64,000 nt of DNA. Origin: Sedimentisphaerales bacterium (GTDB lineage: Bacteria > Planctomycetota > Phycisphaerae > Sedimentisphaerales > SM23-30). The translations under genes were made by a program, and so were the position numbers. Location: positions 1 to 64,000 of the forward strand of contig CAXXFK010000032.1 of assembly GCA_963663965.2 (NCBI GenBank), read 5' to 3'. Within the stretch, counting starts at the first letter, position 1. Every line of letters begins with the position of its first letter. This document shows positions 22,837 to 34,600 of the stretch, in pieces. Under the pieces are notes generated by a model that searched no databases, was not told where the DNA came from, and saw nothing but the letters and a program-made list of their open reading frames with translations.

Positions 22837-25800
22837 TCAATTTGAGAGATTAACTCTCCGGGAGTTTTTGATGATCTCCCCAGCACAGGTAGCTATTTCA
22901 AAATCAGGCGCCGGTCGAAAATCTGGCAGATTATGATATTGAATATTCCGGCGGCCGAAATAGGAGCCGTAATACTGGCCGTTGGAATCGACCCAGGTCA
23001 CCAGGCGCACCATCTCCTGTGGTGATAACTCAACATCATTATGCCCTTTCAGCAGCTGCGCGACGAGCTGACTGCGATGCGAACCCAGCGAATAAGGCGG
23101 CAGGTAGTGGACATTTTCCCATTTGGGATGATTTTCGCCAATCACGGTGATCAGCTTGCGATCCAGTATAGACTCATACGAACGGCAGAATAATGTTGTG
23201 GGGGTACCGGTCAGATCGAAGTTGGCTTCGGGTTTCTCTCCACCATGGCAACGGATACAATGGCGGTCCAGGATCGGCTGGACATCAGTTGGATAATGCA
23301 AGGGACGGGCGCCGCTGATTTCGCCGGGTTGCGGGCCGGGCATCACCGGCGGCAATCGCAACGCCCGGGCCACCTTAACGGGTGTCGCCGGGGCAAAACG
23401 GGTCTGTTCATGGCATCCGACACACGATCGTATTTCGCCCGGACGGTAATTCACATAAGTGCGTTCGCGCTGCACCTCCATATAATTTTCGTCCAGCGCC
23501 TGAAAGAAGATATTCCTGTCCGCCGGCACCAGAAAACTGGCCGATCCATCTTCATGGACCGGGACAATCCCATGCTGCACTTTTAAACCAAGGTGAGTCG
23601 CTTTGGTAATGACCGCATGCTGCTGATCGTATTCATCACCCCCCCATTTTCGCCGCGCCGACCAGGGTCGCGGCACCTGCTCATTGATACGCAAATATTT
23701 AATCGTACCGCGTTTGACTCCCTCCATACCGCGATAGACATCGGTTACAATACAGTGGGCCAGGTTCTGCCGGGCCAACTGTTCATCCCGGTTGGATTGG
23801 ATCACCGGCGGCCGGGAACGCGCCCGCAAAGGGACCGGCTGCCAGCATGAAATATCCGGATCGATATAGATCGGGGCGCAGTTACCAAAATCATCCAGAA
23901 GATATAACCCGTAAGCGATTGGATCGTTCCAGGGCTTATCCGGGTTATGTGCCGTCAGGATCATATGTTCCGACAGTGGATAGGGATCTTTGTAGATGGG
24001 ACCTTCCCGGTCATTCACCCACTGGCCATCGCGACGATGGCGTAACCAGGTATGGCCGGTGGGATCGATCTGAATATCCGGTGTTACATAATGAATCGGA
24101 TCGGTCGTGCGGATATCCTGGCGGGTATCGATTCGCAATACGGCACCCAGACCGGGTATGGGGCAGCAATGCGGAGTGGCCAGTGTGATAAACTGATGGT
24201 TATTACCCGGCACCGCCCGGCCAAACAACAGGGTAGTGGGAACCGCAATATCATTGCCGAAAATCTCCGCGGAGCCAGTCCCATCCGGATTCATGGCCCA
24301 CAAACACTTGACACTGACCGCGCCCTTATCCACATATTCCCAGCGGGTATATAATACCCGGCCATCATTCATAATACTGGGCGCCGCCTCACTGACCGAA
24401 CTGTTACTGAGCTTTTCCATCTGATCGCCGTCTGCATCCATTCGATACAAAACGGTCGTTGAGAACAAATCCGGACCATCACACAGAATCCCATATTCAC
24501 AGCGTGTCGAGATAAAGCAGATGCCGCCATCGGGCAGATAACACGGATGCATATCATCGGTGAAATGCCGGTAGGTCACCGGACGCCCGGCCCAGGATTT
24601 CATTGCCGGATGGCTGTATCGCCGGATTCGCCCGGGCTCATCTTCCGGAGTAAACGTCAACTGCCGCAGTCCGGTTCCATCGGCCCCCACCTCATAAATA
24701 CGAAATCCACTATCGTTATCCCTTTTCCAGTCGAACACGATCCGCCGCCCATCATAAGACAGATCAAACCGGCCAAAGATGCCATTGGCCATTGACGGGA
24801 TCAGTTCACGAACCGCGCCATCCTTTAAGGAAAGGATACAGAGATTGCCGCCGTAATAGTCACAACCATCGATGTAATCGGTATAATAATGGCTGGATTG
24901 ATAGGTATAGCGTTTAATGAAAATGAGCTCGTCGAAATCCAGCAATGGATTATGTTTTACCAGTATTTCCTGACGTATATGCTTCAATTCATCTGAAACC
25001 GAATCGATCCATTGAATTCCGGGATGATGACTGACTCCGGTTGCGATGTCTTTCTTCAAAGCAGCCAGGTCTGCCAGATAAGCATAGCCTTGAGGAAATT
25101 TATCAGGTAGTGCAGATAGAATATACCTGACGGTCTTTTCCAGATTATCCGGTTGACAGGAAATCGTCTCATTTCTGAAAGCGGCTACCATTCTGGACTG
25201 AAGATAAAGATTGCGTATTTTCTGCAATCCTGTCAGATTATTGACGCCATCGACCAGCGAGATGGCCTGATCATACAACGCTTGGTCCCGCCGGGTCGCG
25301 CGGGCATAACGGCCGGCCAGTTCCGGCCAGTGACCGTAAGGCCATGGCCTTGTCCAGATTTGATCTTCATCTTCCCAGTTCATTTCCCGGCGCGATTGAT
25401 CATCGGGAAAATCCCGTTCAAGACACGCACGCAGCGGTTTTTCGTATTCGGCTGTTTCCTGATGAGCGGCCAGAATGATCGTGTCATGGCCGTTTAATGC
25501 CAGCGCCTGACTATCCCGGCCTTTACACCAGGAGATCTGCCCTTTGACCGTCACGGGCGCAAACTGCCCTTGTGACTCCCTGGCATTCCCATTAAAAGGC
25601 CAGTAACCCACTAATCGGGCCTGGCCCGCAACCGATTCTCCGGCCGCCAGACGGGCAATCGCTTCAGCAGGCAACGTACCAGAAATCATCGCCAGATCAT
25701 CCAGCGCGCCGGTAAAGCCGCTGGGTGAGGGAAAATTGCCATTGGTGAAACCTGCTTTCAGGACGTGGTTTTGTGGATCCGATTCACCTTGCAGAGACCC

Positions 25801-26277
25801 GCTGCCATCCGGTTGGCCATCGATATAGAAAGCAATTCGATCCCCCTGTTTAGTCAGCGCCACATGATGCCAGTTGCCATCGGCAACAGAACCTCTCGAC
25901 GTAACCACTCCAACCCAACCGATATCGTAACATAACCGACCATCCCTGACAAACCAGGATTTGCCCTGCGGCGCCCAGGTATCACCATCTGGAGCTTTGG
26001 CCAGAATGGTTCCGCCAGACCGGGTGCGAATCCAGGCGGCCAGGGTAAAATCATCGCGTCCAAAATCCAGCAGGTACGGCTTGACCCGGATTGAGGCATT
26101 CCGCTGCCGGGACTCCATAAAACCAAGCCGGGTTTCCAGCCAGGTTGCCTGTTTATGATACCATTGTGCCGCCGGATCCGCCAATTCGTCACCGTATCCA
26201 CCCTGAGTGATGATCAGGACAGACGTTATCGCGATGAATAAAAACCGGCATTTCGTTTGACACATCAACTTAAACAT
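22837..26277 (-). CDS. Secreted LamG + HzsA-related beta-propeller protein with two CxxCH heme motifs
   Basis: Signal peptide; LamG WHHVALT...FYIDG; propeller DMHPCYLPDGGICFISTR and YTRWEYVDK; HzsA-middle-like GIVPVHEDGSASFLVPADRNIFFQALD; CVGCH and CIRCH. Confidence 0.82.
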   Translation of the reverse strand: MFKLMCQTKCRFLFIAITSVLIITQGGYGDELADPAAQWYHKQATWLETRLGFMESRQRNASIRVKPYLLDFGRDDFTLAAWIRTRSGGTILAKAPDGDTWAPQGKSWFVRDGRLCYDIGWVGVVTSRGSVADGNWHHVALTKQGDRIAFYIDGQPDGSGSLQGESDPQNHVLKAGFTNGNFPSPSGFTGALDDLAMISGTLPAEAIARLAAGESVAGQARLVGYWPFNGNARESQGQFAPVTVKGQISWCKGRDSQALALNGHDTIILAAHQETAEYEKPLRACLERDFPDDQSRREMNWEDEDQIWTRPWPYGHWPELAGRYARATRRDQALYDQAISLVDGVNNLTGLQKIRNLYLQSRMVAAFRNETISCQPDNLEKTVRYILSALPDKFPQGYAYLADLAALKKDIATGVSHHPGIQWIDSVSDELKHIRQEILVKHNPLLDFDELIFIKRYTYQSSHYYTDYIDGCDYYGGNLCILSLKDGAVRELIPSMANGIFGRFDLSYDGRRIVFDWKRDNDSGFRIYEVGADGTGLRQLTFTPEDEPGRIRRYSHPAMKSWAGRPVTYRHFTDDMHPCYLPDGGICFISTRCEYGILCDGPDLFSTTVLYRMDADGDQMEKLSNSSVSEAAPSIMNDGRVLYTRWEYVDKGAVSVKCLWAMNPDGTGSAEIFGNDIAVPTTLLFGRAVPGNNHQFITLATPHCCPIPGLGAVLRIDTRQDIRTTDPIHYVTPDIQIDPTGHTWLRHRRDGQWVNDREGPIYKDPYPLSEHMILTAHNPDKPWNDPIAYGLYLLDDFGNCAPIYIDPDISCWQPVPLRARSRPPVIQSNRDEQLARQNLAHCIVTDVYRGMEGVKRGTIKYLRINEQVPRPWSARRKWGGDEYDQQHAVITKATHLGLKVQHGIVPVHEDGSASFLVPADRNIFFQALDENYMEVQRERTYVNYRPGEIRSCVGCHEQTRFAPATPVKVARALRLPPVMPGPQPGEISGARPLHYPTDVQPILDRHCIRCHGGEKPEANFDLTGTPTTLFCRSYESILDRKLITVIGENHPKWENVHYLPPYSLGSHRSQLVAQLLKGHNDVELSPQEMVRLVTWVDSNGQYYGSYFGRRNIQYHNLPDFRPAPDFEIATCAGEIIKNSRRVNLSN

Positions 26278-26331
26278 TCTGCACCTGGGAATAATGAAAT
26301 TGACTTTAAACGGATTTTGGGGGCCTGGGTC

Positions 26332-27630
26332 TCAGTCTCCCTGCCAGGGATGTTCAAATCCGGCCCGATAGTCGCGCCGCAACAGCCGATTAGCCCGGCG
26401 GGCTCCCTGGCCGGTAAATTGACTGGTGTTGTTATCCCACGTCAGTTTCGCGCCGACCTGGTAGGCGATCATGGCCATGGTGACTGCCGCAGTACTGCCA
26501 TGTCCCTCCGCCGGTGTAACCGCCGGTTGACGACGGGTTTTGACCGCCGCTAGAAAGTCAGCCATATGTTCCCGGGCCATATCGACGGACGCCTCTTTGA
26601 CTTCGGGTTCGGCGTTTTTATCCGGTGGGATGATCATCCATTTAGACTCCCCGGCGAAAACGGTTCCTTTTTCACCATAAATAAAGACCCCATTGGATAC
26701 TTCGGGACGATAATCCCGGCCGCCATAGATATGATGCCGCCAGAACAGCGGACAGCGGTCATAGTCCATCAACGCCGACATGATATCCGGAGTGGTGATC
26801 CGACCTTTCAACTCATACAGCCCCCCGGCCGCCTGAACACTGCGGGGCATATCCAGATCCAGCATCCATCTGGCCGCATCGATCATATGGATACCCCAGT
26901 CCACCAGGTGACCATTGCCGTATTCTTTTTCATAACGCCAGCAGAAATGCCCGACGGCTTCACTATAAGGCAGTTGAGGCGCCGGACCACACCACAGATC
27001 CCAATCCAGCCCGGCCGGCGGTTCCTTGACTGTGGGATCTCCGGTTCGGACCTTGGCGTTGATAACCGCCTCGGCATGGATAACCCGGCCCAGGTTACCG
27101 GCCTTGATATAATCGCGGACCTGACGAAAACAAGGACTTTGCCGGCGCTGATGGCCGATCTGGACGATACAATCGGGATAAGCTTTCGACGCCGCGACCA
27201 TGGCCTGACTTTCCCGGACATCATAGGCCAGCGGCTTCTCGCAATAAATATCCAGCCCGCGTTTTAAAGCCGCTATAAATGGGAGCGCATGCCAGTGCGG
27301 CGGCGTGGCAATGATTAATGCCTGAAGTTCATCGAGTTCCAGCAACTTAGCATAATGCTTGAATACTCTGGGTTTAAATCCCTGTAATTTTTCGATTTCA
27401 AGTGCGGCTTTTTCCAGATGGTCGCTATCGACATCACAAATGGCGATTACCTCGCCCCCACCGGCGCGCATTAAGGAATTGACATCCACCAGTCCATACC
27501 AGCCGCAACCGATCAGACCGAATTTAAGTTTACCGTTGGTCTGCCCGGAAGCGCCACCCGGCCAGACAGAAGTCATAACCGCGGAGGCGACCATTGAACC
27601 CAAAAACTTTCTACGATCCATGTTATCCAT
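26332..27630 (-). CDS. Tat-exported Gfo/Idh/MocA oxidoreductase
   Basis: DRRKFLG Tat signal, GLIGCGWYG, IATPPHWHA, YCEKPLA, DWGIHMID. Confidence 0.9.
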   Translation of the reverse strand: MDNMDRRKFLGSMVASAVMTSVWPGGASGQTNGKLKFGLIGCGWYGLVDVNSLMRAGGGEVIAICDVDSDHLEKAALEIEKLQGFKPRVFKHYAKLLELDELQALIIATPPHWHALPFIAALKRGLDIYCEKPLAYDVRESQAMVAASKAYPDCIVQIGHQRRQSPCFRQVRDYIKAGNLGRVIHAEAVINAKVRTGDPTVKEPPAGLDWDLWCGPAPQLPYSEAVGHFCWRYEKEYGNGHLVDWGIHMIDAARWMLDLDMPRSVQAAGGLYELKGRITTPDIMSALMDYDRCPLFWRHHIYGGRDYRPEVSNGVFIYGEKGTVFAGESKWMIIPPDKNAEPEVKEASVDMAREHMADFLAAVKTRRQPAVTPAEGHGSTAAVTMAMIAYQVGAKLTWDNNTSQFTGQGARRANRLLRRDYRAGFEHPWQGD

Positions 27631-27704
27631 TTTTTGTCCCTTTCAAAAACAGGCGCTCCGAACTCAATTTACCGTATTATAATCATTTTGTTAAATTTGA
27701 CCAT

Positions 27705-27738
27705 AAAAAAAGCCGCCCCACTCTGGAGACGGCTTTTT
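27705..27738 (-). terminator. Rho-independent terminator after the symporter
   Basis: AAAAAGCCG / CGGCTTTTT stem with flanking A/T tracts. Confidence 0.65.
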
Positions 27739-27764
27739 CAGGGTTCAGCAGAATATCAGCCAGA

Positions 27765-29828
27765 TTATTTGGCAAAGACCATCGGGCTGAATATGGCATA
27801 GAGTATTACGGTCAGGATAACAACAATTACACCCATCAGTTTGGCGCCCTTGGAGGTCTCCAGTTTGATGGAGGTATTCATATGGAACTCAATCGGCTGA
27901 CTCAGGGGTTTGACAATCGTAACGATCCACATGACCACGATACAGAGGAAGAAACAGATCGCCATACGGTTGAGGAACTGAATGTCCGGGGCCAGGACTT
28001 TCAGCAGACCATACCCGACAATATTGGTTAACAGCGCGATGATACCGGCAATCTTGGGCGCGCGGCGGGAAATTAAACCAAAGGCAAAGGCCGCTAATAT
28101 ACCAGACGAAATAAAGCCCTGGGATTCCTGAATAATGGTAAAAATACTGTTACTGATTTTGGGATCACCCAGCTTGGGCGCGAGCACCACAGCTACCCCT
28201 GTAAATATGACGACACAAATGCGGCCCACGAAGACCAGTGATTTCTGGGGAGCATCCGGGGCCATCAGTTTTTTGTAAATATCCATCGAGAAGATGGTCG
28301 AAGCCGCGTTTAACATGGCAGCCAGTGAACTGACCACCGCGCCCAGCAAAGCGGCCAGCACAAAACCAACCAGACCCACTTTCTGCGGCAGTACATGCCC
28401 TAATAACTGTGCCAGCGCGGTGTCATATTTATAGACAATGGGTTTTTCAGTTACAGGTTTCTTTTTAGCTTCTTTCGCGGCAGCTTCAACGCCTTCGTTA
28501 TAGGTGGTCATTTCAGCGGCCAGTTCGGGATTGATACTCTGGAAAGTCTTGTCTTCCGATTTGAATACTGAAAACTGATCGGGTTTCGCTTCGTCATAAT
28601 CTTTCTGCGAAATGGTCAACACATAAGGATTGCGCGTTTTCAACGCATTAATCGCCTCATCATCCGGGTAGATCGCGATCATGAAGCGGCCCTTTTCCCA
28701 ACTGGCAATCTGATCTTCACCGGGCGCCTGGACCACATCCACAAATTTGGTATCTGCATTCGCTTTTTGATATTTGGCAATAATGGCGGCATTGTCTTTG
28801 ATAGATTCATCCTGCATCTTGCTGGAATACAGGTTAAAGGCAATGATACCGGGAATGACAATAACAAACGGAATGAGCAATTTCATAAACGCGGCAAAGA
28901 CGATCCCTTTCTGACCTTCCGCCAGTGAAGCCGAACCCAGGGTACGCTGGGTAATATACTGGTTCAAACCCCAATAATAGAAATTAGGAATCCATAATCC
29001 CAGCAGCAGAGCCGTCCAGGGCAAAACCGTATCATCCTTGGGCAGGAACATATTCATACGAACGCTGTTCAGTTCTCTGAATCTTTCCACCGCCCCCTTG
29101 CCGGCTTCCAGTGCGACCGTTGAGACCGCTCCGGTTTTGACATCGACAATGCAAGAGGCTTCTTCAGCCATCCCCAGTTGTTTAAAGGCAAAATACAGAA
29201 TCACGCCACCACCCAGAATCAGGGCGCTGCCCTGAATCAAGTCGGCCCAGGCACACGCTTTCAAACCACCCGCAGCCACATACATCATGGCAATGACACC
29301 GATAACCAGCGAGCCATGCAACAGCGGAATATTATAGCCCATTTTCCCGGCCAGGGTACGAATGGTCAGGGCGCCGGAATAGGTGACCGCACCGAGCAGC
29401 AGCATGTAGATAAACATGGTCACGACCGCCATTAAGGTCCGGGCGGCGCTGTTGTAGCGATACTCCAGAAATTCCGGCATGGTATAAATACCGGCACGGA
29501 GAAAATAGGGCAGGAACGCAAACGCCACGACCACCAGGGTGACCGCCGCCATCCATTCATAGCTGGCAATTGCCAATCCTACATGGCTGGCGGCATTGCC
29601 ATTCATGCCCACAAACTGTTCTGTGGAGATATTAGCGGCAATCAGCGAGAAACCGATCAGCCACCATTTCAGTCCTCGCCCGGCCAGAAAGTAATCTTCA
29701 CTGGTGTTTTTTTCTTCGCGGCTTTTAAATAAACCAATGCCAATTACACAAACCACAAAGGCGACAAAAACAACAATATCCAAGGTTCCAAGCGTGAATT
29801 GTTCCGCTAACATGGTATTCAACATCAA
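27765..29828 (-). CDS. Sodium:solute (sugar) symporter, SSS family
   Basis: YFLAGR, SLIAANISTEQFVG, IYTMPEFLEYRY, YWGLNQYITQRTL, SSLAAMLNAASTIFSMDIY. Confidence 0.92.
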   Translation of the reverse strand: MMLNTMLAEQFTLGTLDIVVFVAFVVCVIGIGLFKSREEKNTSEDYFLAGRGLKWWLIGFSLIAANISTEQFVGMNGNAASHVGLAIASYEWMAAVTLVVVAFAFLPYFLRAGIYTMPEFLEYRYNSAARTLMAVVTMFIYMLLLGAVTYSGALTIRTLAGKMGYNIPLLHGSLVIGVIAMMYVAAGGLKACAWADLIQGSALILGGGVILYFAFKQLGMAEEASCIVDVKTGAVSTVALEAGKGAVERFRELNSVRMNMFLPKDDTVLPWTALLLGLWIPNFYYWGLNQYITQRTLGSASLAEGQKGIVFAAFMKLLIPFVIVIPGIIAFNLYSSKMQDESIKDNAAIIAKYQKANADTKFVDVVQAPGEDQIASWEKGRFMIAIYPDDEAINALKTRNPYVLTISQKDYDEAKPDQFSVFKSEDKTFQSINPELAAEMTTYNEGVEAAAKEAKKKPVTEKPIVYKYDTALAQLLGHVLPQKVGLVGFVLAALLGAVVSSLAAMLNAASTIFSMDIYKKLMAPDAPQKSLVFVGRICVVIFTGVAVVLAPKLGDPKISNSIFTIIQESQGFISSGILAAFAFGLISRRAPKIAGIIALLTNIVGYGLLKVLAPDIQFLNRMAICFFLCIVVMWIVTIVKPLSQPIEFHMNTSIKLETSKGAKLMGVIVVILTVILYAIFSPMVFAK

Positions 29829-29931
29829 TCGGCCCTTCCAAAATGAGTTAAATTTACATCAGATTTACCATAATACAATTTTAAACAGCGGTATTTCTGT
29901 TTAAATATGCCACATGTGCTAAATTGGAGGC

Positions 29932-29960
29932 ATTGTAGTGTCTTTTCAAATCGTTGTCAA
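29932..29960 (-). promoter_or_regulatory. Sigma70-type promoter for the symporter
   Basis: Minus strand TTGACA-N17-TACAAT. Confidence 0.6.
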
Positions 29961-30129
29961 ATATACAACTTACAATTTAATTGCCAGAAATAACCTGGAA
30001 GGCCCAGATAATGTTTTGAATATTTCTACCATAATGTAAATCCTGTTTATTTGAAATTGATTCTGAATATTGAAGCCCGTATAATGGCGTATCAATTGTA
30101 AACATGGTAACGAAAAACAAGCTATCACT

Positions 30130-31137
30130 ATGCAATACAGAGAGTTAGGTAAAAGTGGCATCAAAGCTTCCATCGTAGGGCTCGGAACCTGGGCATTTGG
30201 TGGAGGAACGGTATGGGGTCACAATCTGCTAACCAGCGAGATTGTAGAGACCATCCATACTGCCTTGGATTCCGGAATTAACCTGATTGACACGGCCCCC
30301 CTGTTTGGCTTTGGACATTGCGAAGAGATCCTGGCTGAAATTCTGGATTTACGTCGAGATGACGTCATTTTAGCCACTCGATGCGGTATCGTCTGGGAGG
30401 ACAATGAAGATAATGTCCAATACGGCCATTATGAAGGCAAACCGATCCATCTTTCGCTAACCCCCCAAACCATCCGGTTGCAAATCGAAGCCAGCCTGAG
30501 ACGCCTTAAAACAGAATTTATCGATGTTTACCAGGCTCACTGGAAGGCGGGCCTGCCCACTACTTGCGCTATAGAAGATATCATTGGCACTCTGGAAGAT
30601 TTTAAGTCATCCGGGTTAATACGAGCATATGGTTTCTCTAATATCAACCTGGATCAGGCCCATAACTGGCTGCCAATCGGCCACTTCGATCTTATCCAAA
30701 ATCGTTTCAGTATGCTCAACCGGGAAATGGAACAGGATTTAATGCCCTGGGCCGCCGAAAACAATGTCTCGATCATGGCCTGTATGCCGCTCTACCAGGG
30801 ATTACTCACCGGCCGGATCAATCATAAACAGCAATTCGGTCCTCATGAACTGCGCAGCAACTATGCGATCAATCCCTGGTTCAAAAAGGAAAACCGCATC
30901 GCTATCCATAAAAAATTATTGCAAAAATGGATCCCGATCGCCGAACATTATCATTGCAGTATCGCGCAACTGGTCATTGCCTGGACAATCGCTCAAAACG
31001 GGCTGACCCATGCCATCTGCGGCGCCACCAATCCCAAACAAGCCAGAGAAAATGCCGCGGCCGGTCTGCTGAAGATCAGCGATGAAGATCTCGAACAAAT
31101 GATCTGGGATATTGAGGTCGTTGGAGATCCCCAGTAA
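30130..31137 (+). CDS. Aldo/keto reductase family protein (catalytic Tyr and Lys substituted)
   Basis: MQYRELGKSG, GLGTWAFGG, IDTAP, SLRRLKTEFIDVYQAHW, QNRFSML, AQLVIAW. Confidence 0.88.
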   Translation: MQYRELGKSGIKASIVGLGTWAFGGGTVWGHNLLTSEIVETIHTALDSGINLIDTAPLFGFGHCEEILAEILDLRRDDVILATRCGIVWEDNEDNVQYGHYEGKPIHLSLTPQTIRLQIEASLRRLKTEFIDVYQAHWKAGLPTTCAIEDIIGTLEDFKSSGLIRAYGFSNINLDQAHNWLPIGHFDLIQNRFSMLNREMEQDLMPWAAENNVSIMACMPLYQGLLTGRINHKQQFGPHELRSNYAINPWFKKENRIAIHKKLLQKWIPIAEHYHCSIAQLVIAWTIAQNGLTHAICGATNPKQARENAAAGLLKISDEDLEQMIWDIEVVGDPQ

Positions 31138-31641
31138 TTTTTTCCCGGCATGATATGATCATTGCATAATCATCTAACAATTCCGCTACCAAAGATGGTC
31201 CCTTAAAGCACATTAAACCAACTTTATTTTACCTTGGCTTGATTCAAGACTTTTTATATTAATAACTTTATCAACCTGCTTCCTTCAGGATACTTTCTGT
31301 ATTGTCCTGTTGGTTATCCCGCCAATCAATTTAAAGTCCGGTTACAAAATATTGCTTTTTTATTTCGGTTTTTATATAATGTAATACTGTAATTAAGTGA
31401 AATATATTCTTTATCACTAAAAAATTTCTGAGGAGGAATGAATATTGATAAAGCGACATTTTTTGTTTTAATATCAAATCGGTAAACGGTTTCGGCTTTT
31501 ACGAGTTTTAGGGTCAAAAAATCGTCTCCTCAGATTGTACCTGACAGATGCATTAAACTGCTTGTGACAGGGAGTAATATTTATTGACGTCAGTATCTAA
31601 CAACACAATATCTGTTTAAATCAAGCGCCAGGGAGTTAAAA

Positions 31642-34600
31642 ATGATTACCAACAAAGGCAGCGGCAATGTTTCAGGTCAAAAATTTTCAGCAATCACATG
31701 GCTTGTCGTATTCTTGCTATCACTGACAGGTTCATGGTGCAGTGGTGTGGCAGTTCCGTTATCCGAGGCTGTAACCACCGTCATTCCGTCAGTAAACGGT
31801 GTGGGTGTCTTCTGCGAAATCTATCTGGGGGTTGGCGGCGGCTATCCGGCGCCGGCGACTATCGCAAGCAGAACCCCCAACGCCGACCTGCTCAGTCCGG
31901 TGGTCGATTTTCCCAGTACCGGCAATGATGTGAGTATCGGCAGCAGCTTTCAGGCGTTTTTCAATAATACGATCTATGCCCCGGACGCGGTGCGGAATCT
32001 GAATCCCAGTGGGTTTATTCTCAAAGGGATTGCCAACCTGAAAATCACTCAGGATCTCGATATCAACACCGCCACCCCGGAAATCGATATTCAGATCCGA
32101 ATCGGCTGCGATGATGGCCATTATCTGGTCGTCGGCAATCAATTCCTGGGCAACTCTCCCGACCATGCTTTTACCTGGTATGCTTATCCTCTGACCTTTG
32201 AAGGCCCCGGCCTGTATCCTCTCTATTTTTTATTCTCTGCCAACAATGCCGGCGTGTCCGGCCTGGAACTGCAATGGCAGATCCCCAGCGGCTGGCAAGT
32301 GATCCCTCAGAGCGCCCTGTATCAATCGACAGCCGGGTGCGAACAACAGATCTTATTCGAAGAGTATGCCGCCGGCACTCCCCTGACCGATCAATACAGC
32401 AGTCAGGGCGCCCTGTTTACCACTCTCAGCGGCAATATTCAGATTACCGATGCCTTTCCTTTAAAATTTGTCCCGGTCAGCGGTGACCGGGTTCTGGCCG
32501 ATCCAACCGAATCGCCCACGGAGGAAGGCCTGGTAGCCATTCACTTTGTCGATCCAGTGACCGGCCATGCCGCGATCACCAATTATTTCTCCTGCTATGT
32601 GATCGATGCCGAATCCACCGGCGCCACCATCACCGCCTATGGCCCGGATGGTTCGGTGCTTGACAGTGTATCGGTCATCGATGCCGGCGGCGGCGCGGCG
32701 CAAGTACCGGTGGAAATCAACACCCCGGGTATCTTTGAAATTGTCGCATCCCTGGGCATAGGCAGTGACACCTCAGCCCTTGACAACCTGTGCTGGTCCA
32801 TTCCCGCCTCCATTAATCTGCCGGACCTGCAAGTCGTTTTCGACAGCGCTCCTTCATCGGCTTACGCATCACTCAGTATCCCCATCACCTGTACCGTCAC
32901 CAATCATGGCGACCTGACCGGAGTTTCAACCTGGTCTGACAATATTTACCTGTCTTCAGATCAGACGCTGGATGGATCGGATATTCTGCTGGCCACCCGG
33001 ATCAACAATACACCACTGGATCTGAACGAATCCTATGTCATCAATGAATCGATTCCACTGCCGGATAATGTCGACGGCGAGTTTTATCTGATCGTTTATA
33101 CCGACGCCGATGATGCCGTCGAAGAATACACCCTTGAAGACAATAATCAGCAGAATTCAAATGTCATGACGATTGTCATCGATAATGTCGGGCCATCGAT
33201 AACGAACCATACCCCGAAAGGACTGATCAAGGCCGCGGTTGACTTTATCGATCTTACCTTTAGCGAACCCATCCAGTCTTTATCGTTCGACACGGATGAT
33301 ATCCTGCTGACCAATCCCGGCGGCAATCCAGTGACAATTGACTCGATTACCGATCAAGGGGGCAATACCTGGCGGATGAGTTTCAGCCCGCAATCTGCGA
33401 CCGGCCAGTATGATTTATCAGTTGGTCCGGATATCCTGGATATTGCGACCAACCCGATGGCAGAGGCCTATACCGGCAGTTTCTGGGTCAACGCTTCGGA
33501 TGAAGATGATGTTGTCTTTATATCTGTCAGTGGCGGTTATAACGCCGATGGGGTTCATTTCCACCAAACCGTTGCCGATGCCGGCGCCAATACCACCTAC
33601 TTCCTGCTCAACAGCAGCAGTCAGTCAACCATTGCCGATTACATCATTGCCAACGTTGCAACAATCGACCAGATCTGGATTTATGATCTCTCTTCCGGCA
33701 GCGATGGGTATAACACGGCTTATCAAGCCATTGCCAACTGGTTCGACGCGTCCCGCCATCAGATTATTTGTGACGGCCGAATCATCTCATCGTATTGGAG
33801 TAACCGTTATCAGAATGAAGGAAAGCGACTTTCACAAAATTACTATGAAAACCTCAAATTGAATGGCGGCGGTATCTTCCTGGGTACCGACCACAACGCG
33901 TATCACAGTGGTATTAACACCATCAATAGCAATATCGGTATCAATCCCTTTGTCGGCAACTTCAGCCTGACTAAAATTCCGGTGGATACCCAGAGCCCGC
34001 TGATGACCTATCCCAATTATATGGGCACCGAACTCTTTGATGACTCGTCTCCGGGCCAGACCCCTTACGGACTCCAGCCTAATGGTATGATTCTCTATTC
34101 GCTTGCCTGGCACAGCGGGAATGTCAATACCCCCGGTATCTCCACCACGATTGAAGGCCTGGTCGGATTCCATGTCGACATCAACCAGCCCGCCAATAAC
34201 GCCACCTTCCTGGTCACCGATACCATCCATTTTGCCGCATCCAGCGTCAATGCCGGCGGCACGGTGACTTACACCTGGACCAGCAGCCTTGATGGCGAAC
34301 TGGGCCAGGGCCAGACCCTCGATACCACCCTCAGCCCCGGCGCCCACACGATCACCTTACTGGGCGAAGATTCCGGCACCGCCGGTGCGGATACCGAAAT
34401 CATTTCCATTACGGTGAATGATTTACCTGATCTGCAAATCAGTAATCTGACAACCGACACTCAAACCTATGCCGGTAAATCCCTTAACATCGGCTGGATG
34501 GTTACCAATACCCGCAGCAAGGCGGCCGCTGCTGCCTGGCGCGATTCGGTTTATCTTTCGGCCGACAACCAGGCGGGCGATGATATCCTGCTGGCCAATG

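Noticed and set aside
22837..26277. Hydrazine synthase / anammox marker
   Set aside because: Only HzsA-related domains with a LamG fusion; no hzsB/hzsC neighbours; such proteins are widespread in non-anammox Planctomycetota
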